Assembly: GCA_044892525.1 (NCBI GenBank)
Contig: CM097885.1
Coordinates: forward strand, 218,426,001-218,490,000
Length of the DNA: 64,000 nucleotides
DNA from: Schmidtea polychroa
Taxonomy: Eukaryota
Reading direction: 5' to 3'
The position numbers were made by a program, and so were the translations under genes. How positions within the stretch are numbered: the first letter of the stretch is position 1; the number at the start of each line of letters is the position of its first letter. Positions 38,905 to 50,072 of the stretch are shown here, piece by piece. Below the pieces are notes generated by a model. It had not been told where the DNA came from and made no database searches. It was given only the letters and a program-made list of their open reading frames with translations.

Positions 38905-39163
38905 ATTAATTATGAAATATGAATCATTGCTAAAAAATTATTTTAATATTATCTTGTGTTTCTTAATTGAATTTAAATTAGATTTGATGCATTGAAATTC
39001 GATCAAAATCACACCAATGGATCTCGAGGCCACCCTAGCGCAAATATTTGCATACAAATGGCACATGTGCTAATGATGTGACAATCAATATTGTGAGAAA
39101 AACCTAACTGAAAAATCGAAACCTTGATAGAATTGACCATCAAATTCAAAGCCGCTTATCAAC

Positions 39164-40258
39164 ATGACGGTTGACTATAACAGGCGTATGGCGTCTTCTA
39201 AATGTTTTAGATTCATGCAAATTTTGTTTCTTTGGAAAGGCAGCATTTATAAAATCGCGTGGTTTGAGCTGATATTTTTCGGTTCACTTTATGTTATAAT
39301 TTCTTTAATTTATCGTTTTGTTCTCTACGGTAAATATAAAGAAAACTTTGAAATTTTCTGCATATTTTGCGACAGTATTGATAATTATATTCCAGTGGCT
39401 TTTATTATGGGATTCTATGTAACTATGATTGCGAGACGATGGTGGAAACAATTCTATAACATTCCCTGGCCGGATAATGTGGCACTGTTGGTCAATGCGT
39501 ACATATCGGGAAACGACAGACGAACGGTCATGATTAGAAGAAATATTATACGATACGTTAATCTATCACTAATTTTGTTTTTGAGAAGCATTTCACCGCA
39601 GACTAAGAAAATAATTAAAGAAGAAGAAGATTTAATAGATTACGAACTATTCAATGCGGAAGAATTTAAACTTTTTGATAAAGTTAGTTCCTCTTTCAAC
39701 AGATATTTTATACCAATTCTCTGGTCTGTGAATTTAGTCAAAAAAATGTTTCTTGAAGGACGCATCAAAACCGAAATCAGAGCTCGTAATTTAATAATTG
39801 AAATAATACAATATCGGGAAAAGCTCAACAAATTATTTTGCTATGACTGGGTTAATCCTCCTCTTGTCTATACCCAAACGGCAACTATATCTGTTTATAT
39901 CTATTTCCTTACGTCACTTTTCAGTAAACAATTTCTTGATCCGACTAAACGCTATCCAAACCGACATTTCGATTATTATGTCCCAATATTTTCGATCGCT
40001 CAGCTGTTTTTCTATTTCGGATGGTTGAAAGTCGCCGAAGCACTCATTAATCCATTCGGAGAAGACGACGATGATTTCGATAGCATCGGGTTGATTAATC
40101 GAAATTTAACATCGTTTTTCTTTTTCATTCGATCTAAAGAAAGCCTTTTTCCAAAAATAATAAAAGACAGAAAATGGAATGAAAGTCTTCCTTTAAAAAT
40201 TGATGATTTTGCAACAGATCCCAAATTTTTCACAGACACGTTACCCAAGATTGACTAA
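39164..40258 (+). CDS. Bestrophin-family Ca2+-activated anion channel, intronless, 364 aa
   Basis: MTVDY...WKGSIYK, IPVAFIMGFYV, RRWWKQF..IPWPD, RYVNL, YDWVNPPLVYTQ, GWLKVAEALINPFGEDDDDFD. Confidence 0.95.
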   Translation: MTVDYNRRMASSKCFRFMQILFLWKGSIYKIAWFELIFFGSLYVIISLIYRFVLYGKYKENFEIFCIFCDSIDNYIPVAFIMGFYVTMIARRWWKQFYNIPWPDNVALLVNAYISGNDRRTVMIRRNIIRYVNLSLILFLRSISPQTKKIIKEEEDLIDYELFNAEEFKLFDKVSSSFNRYFIPILWSVNLVKKMFLEGRIKTEIRARNLIIEIIQYREKLNKLFCYDWVNPPLVYTQTATISVYIYFLTSLFSKQFLDPTKRYPNRHFDYYVPIFSIAQLFFYFGWLKVAEALINPFGEDDDDFDSIGLINRNLTSFFFFIRSKESLFPKIIKDRKWNESLPLKIDDFATDPKFFTDTLPKID

Positions 40259-40683
40259 GCTTGCCGTTTTGTCATTTACAACATTTTTTTCGGTATTATC
40301 CGACTAAAGTGCTAATTTTTAAACTTCATTAAAAATGAATTTTATAAAATCATCAGTTTTTTGCTTTATTTTTTTTGTGTTTGTTTTCAACAGATCAAAA
40401 TGTATATTGATGCTGTTTTATCTTGTATTAATAAAGGGACAAAATCGTAAGTATCTTTAAAATTTAAAAAAATGAATAAAATACAACTTTGTTAGTCATT
40501 TTATTTTAGTCAATTCTATAACGTCTATTCTATTTCCTTCACCATTTCCTTGTTTTCCTCAACTGCCGTAACTTATTTCACCTTCTCCTTTTCTTTTTTC
40601 GCTACTCCGCATTCAAAAAACTATTCAAAATTTTAACCAAAATAATATAAAATGAACTTAACATAATAAATTTCTTTAATTTT

Positions 40684-42357
40684 TCAATTATTATGACAAG
40701 CAGGACAAATATATTTTACATGGTTTTTGCATACATAATTTTTACATTTATTACATTTTATTGTGGTTTTCCCCGTTCTGATAGGACAAGTAGAACACAT
40801 GCCTCTTTTCGAAGCTGTAGGCTTCGAAGATCCGCCAGCATCATCTTGGTTGCTTTGAGCTTCCTGGATAATATTTCTCGCGGCAAGTCCTCTAGCTAAA
40901 TGTTGTCAGCTTAGCATTAGAGGTTTTATCAAACTATCACCTAATTTTTCCAAAAATAAACGTCTCTTACTCAGACTATTACAATTCCAAGATAAATCAA
41001 CTTCCTTGTAAAGTACGAAAGCATTGTAAGCAGATATATCTAACATATTGCAAAAAACAACGAATGGCCATCTTCTAGATTTTCTTTTTGTAGAATAACA
41101 GGATACCATTTTATCTAAAGTATCCACTCCGCCTTTTGTGGCATTATAATATTTGATAATTTCAGGTTTACGTTGAGGTTCATTAGTTATAACTTCATCA
41201 GACAAATGTAGAGTACTTTGCATCACTACGCATCGATATTTTTTAGGTATATAAGATACTAGTGTTGTATCTTTTGTAAAAACAAATTTTGATGTATATT
41301 GTGGCAAAGATCTTTTATTCAAAATTTCTGGTTGGATTGTTGGTTTATTTTTTCTTAGTGTACCCACCATTGTTATAGATTTTTCCAGGAGTTTTTGGCC
41401 AAGCTGATATGATGTGAAAAAATTGTCGAGTGTTATGTTGTGACCTTTGAGACTCCTCACTAAATCTAGTACAATTCCCATACCTTGATTTGTTTCGGGA
41501 GCAGCATCCGGTTGTTTTCCTAAATATGGCTGTATTTTCCAAGCGTAGTAAGACTTGCTGCAAGCTGCAATCCAAAATTTAATCCCATATTTCGCAGGTT
41601 TACTTTTCATATATTGGCAAAAAGGACATCGACCACGAAAACCAAGTAGTTGTTCGTCAACTGTCACATTCTCTGATGGATTATAAAACATGGGTAACCT
41701 TTCACTCCATGCATCCCACAATTCTCGGATTGGCGCAAATTTGTCATTCATACGTCTTTCTGACCGGGTTTCTTTTTTATCAAATCTAAGAATTTTTGAA
41801 ATATTTTCAAATCTTTTCAATGGCATGGTTGCACGTAACAAAGGTCTACCCGTAGTTGCATGCCATAAGCTTTCAGTTGCTTCATTTTTTGACTTATAAA
41901 CACCCGCTAAAATCAAGCATCCAAAATAGGAATAAAGTTCAGTTGCATCCAAATCCTTCCAACTATCTCGAAAAACGGTGTTTCCTTCACTGTTTGAGTT
42001 TTTCAGAATCATATTTTCAATAGCTTTCGGAAAAAATATCATGAATGCACTGTTTATATCAGTGATTCGGCTAGCTGCATACCTAGTAATTCCCGGAGTC
42101 ATATTCAATATATTTTCTGCTCGATTGCGACCCAAATTGGTGCTAACAGGTTTTTGATGCCACAATACTGTCTTATCTTTCGATAAAAAACTATTTGGCT
42201 CTACATCGCCTAAACTTTCCTGATCAGAACTCGAATACTCGCTATCAATAAAAACATGGTCATCATCAGATGGATCAGCTTCGCTACCACTAAAAACTAA
42301 ATCTTGAATTTCTTCATCGGTTAAATTTTGATGTGTCATAATTTTGAAAACCCACAA
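40684..42357 (-). mobile_element. piggyBac transposase (PGBD4-like) with a single in-frame TGA at 40906-40908; no TIRs seen
   Basis: VTVDEQLL, ITLDNFFTS and GGVDTLD catalytic motifs. The same frame resumes after TGA into the Cys-rich domain CSTC...CNKC..YVCKNH...CPAC, stop at 40684. Confidence 0.92.
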
Positions 42358-42799
42358 AATAATAATTTAGAACAAATAACATATGTTTGCTGCAAACATA
42401 TGTCAAATCAAAAATCATATGTTTGTTGTAAACAGGTAAAAACAAATCATGTTTGAACAGGAATTTCATTATAGACATTTTTGTAAACATTACGGTCAAC
42501 GTGCATTTTTTTATACCTAGAAATCTGTATGACACCATAAAATAAATTAAGCGGCAAATTATTAATTTAAAAAAAAGAAGAATTTACATTGAAAAATTTT
42601 TCAAACTTAAGTTTGTATTCAGGCGTTATTTACATTTAAAAAATAATTTTGACAAAAATGTCCACAATACCATATAAAGGTAAATAAACATAATATATAT
42701 TTGTAAAAATTGTTTTTTTAGGGGCGCATTATAGTTTATAGCACAGGGGCGACAAATTTCTAAAGACGTCTTTGCTTGTACGATTAAAAAATTAAGTTT

Positions 42800-43500
42800 C
42801 ACCTTTTGATTTAGTTCCGCTCTCTGATCCAGACTCTTTTGACACTCCTTGTCTAACTCTTCGGTTTTCCTATAATTCTTTTTCTTCTTTTATTCTACTT
42901 CTTTAACTCTTACTGTCGTTTTTTTCTTCCCTACCTAAGGCTATCGCCGATTATGTGAATTTGGAGTTTCCTTATATACTCCCATAATCGTTGTAATTGC
43001 TCTATTTTTGACCTAATTGGTTTTGACTTCCTTAGTTATCATTCCCTAATTAGCTATTTCTGTTGACCCTCTTCCTGATTCCCCTTTTTTTGCTTACCCT
43101 CGTTTATCCGGCTGTTTGGAAATTGCTCTCTGACTTCCCCATTTGTTTATCCTTCCAAATTGCCGCGCTCGGGCTTCCCATTAGCCCGGGTTTCCAATTA
43201 GCCAATTAATTAATTAATTAATATTTTGTGTTTTTTATTTGCCTGTTATACGACCCTTTCTAAACATTTTCTAACAATTTCTTGCTCACCGTCTTCTTCA
43301 CCATCCCCTAATCTACCCCTCTCCCGTTTTCCAGCTTCAATTTCACTTTATTCCACTTCCTCAGGTTTGCGCATTTTTTCATTTCATGTCTGATTGTACC
43401 CTTTTATAGTTCTGTTTTTATCATATCTTTCTTTGCCATTGCTTCTCTGCTTGACCGCCATTCAATTTCGGTTTTCCTTTTAATCTGACTATATAATTTA
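42800..43500 (-). mobile_element. Probable decayed non-LTR (LINE) 3' region
   Basis: Purine-skewed minus strand with RAITTIMGVYKETPNSHI-type post-RT motif; many stops. Confidence 0.35.
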
Positions 43501-44424
43501 ATAATTNNNNNNNNNNNNNNNNNNNNNNNNNNNNNNNNNNNNNNNNNNNNNNNNNNNNNNNNNNNNNNNNNNNNNNNNNNNNNNNNNNNNNNNNNNNNNN
43601 NNNNNNNNNNNNNNNNNNNNNNNNNNNNNNNNNNNNNNNNNNNNNNNNNNNNNNNNNNNNNNNNNNNNNNNNNNNNNNNNNNNNNNNNNNNNNNNNNNTG
43701 GCTATTGAAATTGCTCCCGAGCGAGCTCAACCACAAAGTATTGTGACAACAGTTTCTAGGGGAACTGGTTTGTCAAGTCTTTTATTTGGTTTTCCAGAAA
43801 GTAGCTTCGGATATTCATTATCTTTTACTTTTCACCTAGAGCGAAGCTATAGATAATCAAGAATCCAGATGTTGCTATCTTAGAAATACCTAAGAACGGT
43901 TGGACAAAAATGATATTTGTCTTTAGAGATATAAAGGTTTTTTTATTTGGTTTTTATAATACATTGAATTTAATATTAATTAAATTATTTTTTGTGATTT
44001 ATTTTCAAAAAAGTTTTTAAAACAAACTTGACTTATCTTAGTTAATTTAACGGGTATAATCTTTTGGATGTATCAGATTCGGTTGTGCTAGATGTATAAC
44101 CCCCCTCCCCCTCCCCTCCCCCATACAATTTTAACAGTAGAAAATAACACGAAAAGCATCACAATAGTTTGATCAAATAAAAATGATGTTTCTATGGGCA
44201 TTAAAAAGTGCATGATGAGTTTGCAATAAAAACAACGATGGAAAAATTATAAAAAAAATCATCCACCAATCTTTGATTAATTAAAGCTATTCCCATTCAA
44301 AATAGGAATATAATTATATTTTAAAAATTATTTTTAAAAATTTACAAAAATATCCAGTAAATTGAAACAAAACGAAAAAATCAATTTCACAATTTACGTA
44401 CAATAAAATGACCTGAAAAACGAA

Positions 44425-45873
44425 CTAAACAGAGACTTCACAATCTAAATTTCCATTAATAGACTTATAATCACTTTTACACGGTGGGAAATTGCTCGAC
44501 TCTCTCGTATGGGTCGTCACCATCGAAAGGGCGTCTTGATTTATTTTATATTGGCGCAAATTCTGAATAATCCTCCTCGTTATTAAAACGTAAACAAAAA
44601 TCCCAACTATCAAAATAATACAGCCCAGAGTCATAATTCCGGCAAGAAAACTTATCCAAATATGCGTGTAAATGCACGATAAAGAATTTGTACAATTGAA
44701 ACATTTATTTGAAATGGGATTCGGAATTTTTGCCAATGAAGAACTGAGCTCATCGATATTTTTTCCCCAAGAATATTTTTTCATTTCCTCTGACGCCTTT
44801 GATGAATCCAAATGGAATTTAGCTGAAATTTTCATTGTTGATGTTTTGAACTCATTCTCCTCTTTGTAACATGATCGAAATTTGCGTAAACTGGTAACAA
44901 CATTTTCCGATAGCTGAATTTTTGGAAACCGAATAATACAATTGATCTCTTCGTCGAGTTCGACAGTTTCCAGTCTTTTCATTTCGGAAAACATCGACTC
45001 TTCGAGTAAAATCAATTTGTTGTTTTTTAAGCTCAAATATTGTAAACTATCCAAACCTTTGAAGGCCTTAATACTGATGTCACGGATTTGATTGTCATTC
45101 AGAAAGAGTTTGATCATGCTACGAATATTGAAAAAGGAGCGAATGTCGAGACTCAACAGTTGATTGTGACTCAAGTCGATTGATTGGATTTTCCGTAAAT
45201 TACTGAAAGCCAAAGGTTTGATGAAGCTGATACGATTATGAGCTAATATCAAAACATATAAATTAACTAAACCTTCGAAAGTTTTTTCATAGATCCCTAA
45301 CAAAAGATTGTGTGAGAGATTTATGAATCGAAGATTTTTACATTTCTGAAACGCTAATTCAAAAATAACTTTTATTGTATTATTGGAGAGGAATAATTCT
45401 TGAAGAGTTGAGCAAGAATTGAATAACTTTTCCGTGATGATTGTTAATTTATTACTTGTCATTTTGAATTCTTTCAAGTGAACTCTATTTCGAAATATGC
45501 CATCATCTAACCGATCAATTATTCCGGGTCCGTTAATGATGATTTTTTCTAAATTTCGAATGTCTACAAAATATGAAGCAGGAACCGATCGAATATTTCC
45601 AGGATTTATCATAATTGCTGTGATATTCGATGTTGAGCAGTCGAGGAATAAATTAGTCAAATTCGACTTATGGGGAATGGTGATACTTACAATGATTGAT
45701 GATATTTCCCAATTCATAGGACAAAAGACCGATTGGTGAGGTTCAACAATGAAACATTTAACGACTCCATCACATTGGCAATGATTGGGACAAATATTTC
45801 TGGTTGCCATTTCAATGAATCCAATAAAAGTGAAATGAAGAATGGATTTTATGAAAACCAAATGGAATAACAT
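44425..45873 (-). CDS. Leucine-rich-repeat type-I membrane protein, single exon, 482 aa
   Basis: Hydrophobic N-terminus, LRRNT CPNHCQC, about 9-11 LxxLxLxxNxI repeats, TM IWISFLAGIMTLGCIILIVGIFVYVLI, about 50-aa tail ending CEVSV. Confidence 0.9.
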   Translation of the reverse strand: MLFHLVFIKSILHFTFIGFIEMATRNICPNHCQCDGVVKCFIVEPHQSVFCPMNWEISSIIVSITIPHKSNLTNLFLDCSTSNITAIMINPGNIRSVPASYFVDIRNLEKIIINGPGIIDRLDDGIFRNRVHLKEFKMTSNKLTIITEKLFNSCSTLQELFLSNNTIKVIFELAFQKCKNLRFINLSHNLLLGIYEKTFEGLVNLYVLILAHNRISFIKPLAFSNLRKIQSIDLSHNQLLSLDIRSFFNIRSMIKLFLNDNQIRDISIKAFKGLDSLQYLSLKNNKLILLEESMFSEMKRLETVELDEEINCIIRFPKIQLSENVVTSLRKFRSCYKEENEFKTSTMKISAKFHLDSSKASEEMKKYSWGKNIDELSSSLAKIPNPISNKCFNCTNSLSCIYTHIWISFLAGIMTLGCIILIVGIFVYVLITRRIIQNLRQYKINQDALSMVTTHTRESSNFPPCKSDYKSINGNLDCEVSV

Positions 45874-46171
45874 TTTTCTCCTTTCATTCTACTGAAATTC
45901 CAATATTAATTTAAATTTAAACGATTGATTAATTTATTTCTCGAAACAATAAATATTTCGATGCAAAAAATACTAACATTAATCAATTATGTCATCACTT
46001 TGCTGCCTAAGAAATTGCAGAGTTCACAGACACGCACACACACACACACAATGAGATATAAAAGAAAATTCAATTTTCACGCTTTCTCAGCAAAGTGAAG
46101 AAAACTTGAGAAAAAAACTCAGAGAATATTTATTTTGATGCATGAAAATAAATAGGAAAAATCACGAAAAA

Positions 46172-46462
46172 TTACAAATCACTCGACGTAATTTCTTCCC
46201 AACATTCAATGATATTGTCGAAAGCTTTATCTAGCAACGAATAAACCAACTGGTAAGTTTTTGAATGATATTTTATTTCAACTAAATTGCTATTGGAATG
46301 GGAAAGCTGCTCATTGTCTGCTGGAATTGTTTCATCGATTTCTGAGAAATTCTGTGATCCAAATTTGTCTACTTCTTCAGAATCAATCATCAAATTGTCA
46401 GTTGAATCTCGAGCTAGATTGCTCGGCTCTTTAGATTTAGATTTTAACGTGCTAGTGCTTTT
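46172..46462 (-). CDS. MYCBPAP: MYCBP-associated protein-like gene, terminal exon
   Basis: ttttcaag| 97 codons ending EIKYHSKTYQLVYSLLDKAFDNIIECWEEI..*, resembling the MYCBPAP C-terminal helix (KYTQSLHSEVRGLLDTLVTDL). Phase 0. Confidence 0.7.
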   Translation of the reverse strand, partial: KSTSTLKSKSKEPSNLARDSTDNLMIDSEEVDKFGSQNFSEIDETIPADNEQLSHSNSNLVEIKYHSKTYQLVYSLLDKAFDNIIECWEEITSSDL

Positions 46463-46604
46463 CTTGAAAATATATTTTATTTTTTAAGAATATATTTAGA
46501 TAAAAATATGGAAAATTCTCAAAGAAATTTGATACATTTAAAACAATAATCAGGACTGGAGCTAGAATTTGCGGGCCTGATAAAATATAAAAAAATAACA
46601 AAAA

Positions 46605-46641
<37 letters not shown>

Positions 46642-46873
46642 ATTTATTAGAAATTTTTTTGAATATGAATCAGTAAAGATATCGATGTTTTTTTGGATAT
46701 TCACGAATTTTCGACACAACATTTTTCAAGTGATTTTTCATATATATGGTTGGTGGTCAAATAATAAAAATAATAAAACTTCCATAATTTGCTGGAATTT
46801 ATGTAAATTTTTTATATCAGAGTTGTTTTAAAGATTAGTATTTGAAAATAAATTTTTCGGAATTTAGTTTTTA

Positions 46874-47458
46874 ATGGCTTCGATTAATAAAGATAATTAC
46901 TATGATCATAAATGCAACAGGGACGTTCACATATCTCAGGATGGTAAATGTGTGACGTGCAATGATGGATTTATTGAAAGAATTGAATCTGATAACTCAA
47001 TGGAAAGTGATGATGATGCCTTGAATGTTTTTCATATTATTTGTCATATTCCTGGTGGAAGTACTACAAACGAAACTGATGGTTCCTTTTTTATTACTCC
47101 AACAGATCCTGATAACAGAAATAGTGTTTTTGGCCAACTAATATCAAATTTATTTGGTGGATTGCTGCCGCTGGATTTTAGATCCGATTCGTCAGATTAC
47201 ATATTTTCAAATCAAAGTTTTGACAATTTTGTAACGAGTATTATGAATCAATTTGAACAGAGTGGTCCTCCACCAGCAAATGAGGCAGATATTGAGAAAT
47301 TACAAGTCAAGAAAATCACCGCAGCTAATGATACAGGTTCCATTTGTCTGTCAGATTATGAGGTGGCCGATGAAGTGTACGAGTTGCCCTGTCAGCTTAG
47401 ATACCCTGTTCAGTGTCTAGAAACTTGGATGATTAAACAACTTATTTACTTGAAATAA
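46874..47458 (+). pseudogene. RNF115/RNF126-like intronless ORF (194 aa) with destroyed RING-H2
   Basis: N-terminal Zn-ribbon YYDHKC...CVTCNDGFIE, DY..S..FDNFVTSIMNQFEQSGPPPA, RING remnant GSIC...LPCQLRYPVQCLETW, truncated before the last CxxC. Confidence 0.85.
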
Positions 47459-47518
47459 ATTTAATTTAAAAAATTTTAAATTTAGAAAAATTAGTGAATT
47501 AAAAATTCATAAAACATA

Positions 47519-47854
47519 GTTAATGAGATTTATGTGTTTGAAATTCCAATCGTGGTGGAATTTTTGACAAACAAACTCTTAATTCTTGATCAATGTTAAC
47601 CATACGTTCCCGCTTCTTTGATTTAATTGTGGTAAGAGTTGAAAATCCCAGTTCACAGAGATAAGAAGAACCAAATGGTAATAATATTTAAATTGCCTTC
47701 TTACTCAAATTTGGATATTCGTCTTTAACAAAAACCCAAAATTCAGACAATTCTTTCTGAGAAAATAATAAGAGAGGAATTTTTTGACTTTTTTTAAAAA
47801 AAATTTCACGGCACACCTGGGCACCCGCCACGGCACACAATTTGGGCAACACTG
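47519..47854 (-). mobile_element. hAT (Buster/Charlie group) remnant with one end
   Basis: TTTGGGCAACACTG end at 47854; [44 protein letters not shown] on the minus strand. Confidence 0.85.
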
Positions 47855-47970
47855 TTCTAAATTATTTAATCATTGTTAGAAAAGAAAATTTAAAAAACAA
47901 AAAATAGAGACCTACTTGTTGTTACTAAAATTCATTTATAAACTAAATTTATTAGATTCTGTTCATTTAA

Positions 47971-48195
47971 CCTTTGCAGTCCACGATTTTTAAATTTCAA
48001 AATAATTTTTTGGTTAATTATTATTGATGGGAAGCTTATTAAGAACTCCAAAACCAAATTTGAACTGGCTTGCTTCATATGCATACAAATACCTTGTTGG
48101 AATGACAACAAGTGATTAAGAGCAAAAATATGGCACAGTAAATAGAACCATGTAAATGTTATGGTGACAAATACCACAGGCATGGCCGAAAAAGG
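47971..48195. mobile_element. Possible piggyBac-type MITE
   Basis: TTAA|CCTTTGCAGTCCACG ... CATGGCCGAAAAAGG|TTAA; TIRs degenerate. Confidence 0.45.
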
Positions 48196-48306
48196 TTAAA
48201 TTAATATAATTAAAAAAATTAGTAAATATTTTATAATAAATTACTGAAACATTTGATTAATATTTCACTGTAACAAGATTATTAAAAAAACTTAATAAAA
48301 AATTAC

Positions 48307-48365
48307 CTTTGAAATTTGGGAAAAATTGGTTTTTTGTCGACTGATGTTAGCCCTTCTTCTATCAT
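48307..48365 (-). CDS. MYCBPAP: MYCBPAP-like small exon (NDRRRANISRQKTNFSQISK)
   Basis: ttttag|...aag|gtaatt. Phase 1 in and phase 0 out exactly bridges the neighbouring exons; low-complexity so homology is weak. Confidence 0.6.
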
Positions 48366-50072
48366 CTAAAATTTATTTTAAAATAGAAATTATGGCAAAT
48401 ACCAAAAAGTACAGCTCTAATTATTTATAATACGCATTTACAATAGCTAAATTATAATGGGCAAATATAACGACTTTCTTACTTACAATCATAAGATATC
48501 TAAACCTGTAGAAAATCTGTATTAAATTAGTTACAATACTTTCATCATTATTAAACACATAAAATATCTCTGAAAATAAAATAGAAAATGTATTTTAGTA
48601 AAGCCATTTAACTTTTTCTTCACATTTGATTTTCATTTAGTTTTAAACTATAAATCAACGTTTTTGGTCTAACACAGTGATGCCGAACCTTTTGAGCTCG
48701 TGGCGTGTCATACATCACAAAAGTAAAGACTAAAAAAAATTATAATTTTTGCAAGTTAATTATCTGTTAAATTCAATTTAAATTAAAAAAATTATGAAAC
48801 TAATGATTTACATTTAGAAACTTTTTTAGTTTTTTCATTGATACTTAACATAAAAAATCAAGTATATAATATATATATAGTTAGGAACCAAAAGTAAACA
48901 TATAATTCGAAAATAAATATAAATTTATAAAAGAAGAAAACAGATTTATGAAAAGTTAGTGACTTTTTGGGTGCTGAAGTTTGTCTGCTAAATCTTCTAA
49001 TTCGGGGTTGTACTTGGTACATTTTAAGGCCAAGCAAGCCCCACTGACTTCATTTGTTAACCTGTTCCGTTTGTTTGTCTTAATATTATTTATTGCTGAG
49101 AACAATGTCTCACAAAAATAGGTGGATGAAAAAATTGTTAGCAAAGCCATTGCTAAATCTTTCAAGTTGGTATAAGTGTCGGGTAATCTGTTCCAAACTT
49201 TCAAAATTTCTTCTTCATAGTTGTAATTATTATCATTCATCAAACGATTTCGTTCCATATTTTCAACTACTGATCGTAACTCGACAAATCCTTGAGTCCA
49301 AACGCTGCTCTGAAAATCTACCAATTGCATCTCTAAATCGTCAATTTGCATCCATTGAAACCCCTTTAATTCCAAAGTATTGTAATCGACTACATCGGGA
49401 TACTTAATTATTTTAATTGTCTGTTCTAGGCTTCCGAACTGGGTAAATCTTTCGCTGAATTGTTGAATTAATTAGTTAATTATGTTTTGGTACAGAAGTA
49501 TGCATTCCATTTCACACGGAGTTGTTGCCTTTTCGAAATATTTTTTTTATGCGAGGAAAATACTTATATTTTTTAGTTTCAATATCTCGCTTGAAAATTT
49601 GAAATTTGCTTTCAAATGATTTGATGTATCCAAACATAACATCAATACTTTATTCAAAACCTTGTAATTTTAAGTTAAGTTCATTCAAATTAACAAAGAG
49701 GTCAGTGAGGAACATTAAATTGCTGATCAATATGTGATTCTCAAGCTGAGGAACAGTTATTAGATGTTTTTTTCAATGAATAATAAATTTTCGCCAAAAC
49801 ATTCTACAAATCTCTCCAATACTTTTCCTGGTATAAGCCATCTCACGTTATTGAACATTATTAGTCCATTGTAAGATGATTCAACTTCCAGTAGAAGTAC
49901 AGAAAATTCTGGCTTCTGAAGTGGACGGGCAGCTATAAAATTCACTAGTATCACTACAACTAACATTATATTATCACATGTGAATACAATATTTTTAAGT
50001 AGACTATTCATATAATGCAAAAACGGGTCAACATGCCTCCACATACCGTTTATAAACAGTGGGTTTCATACC

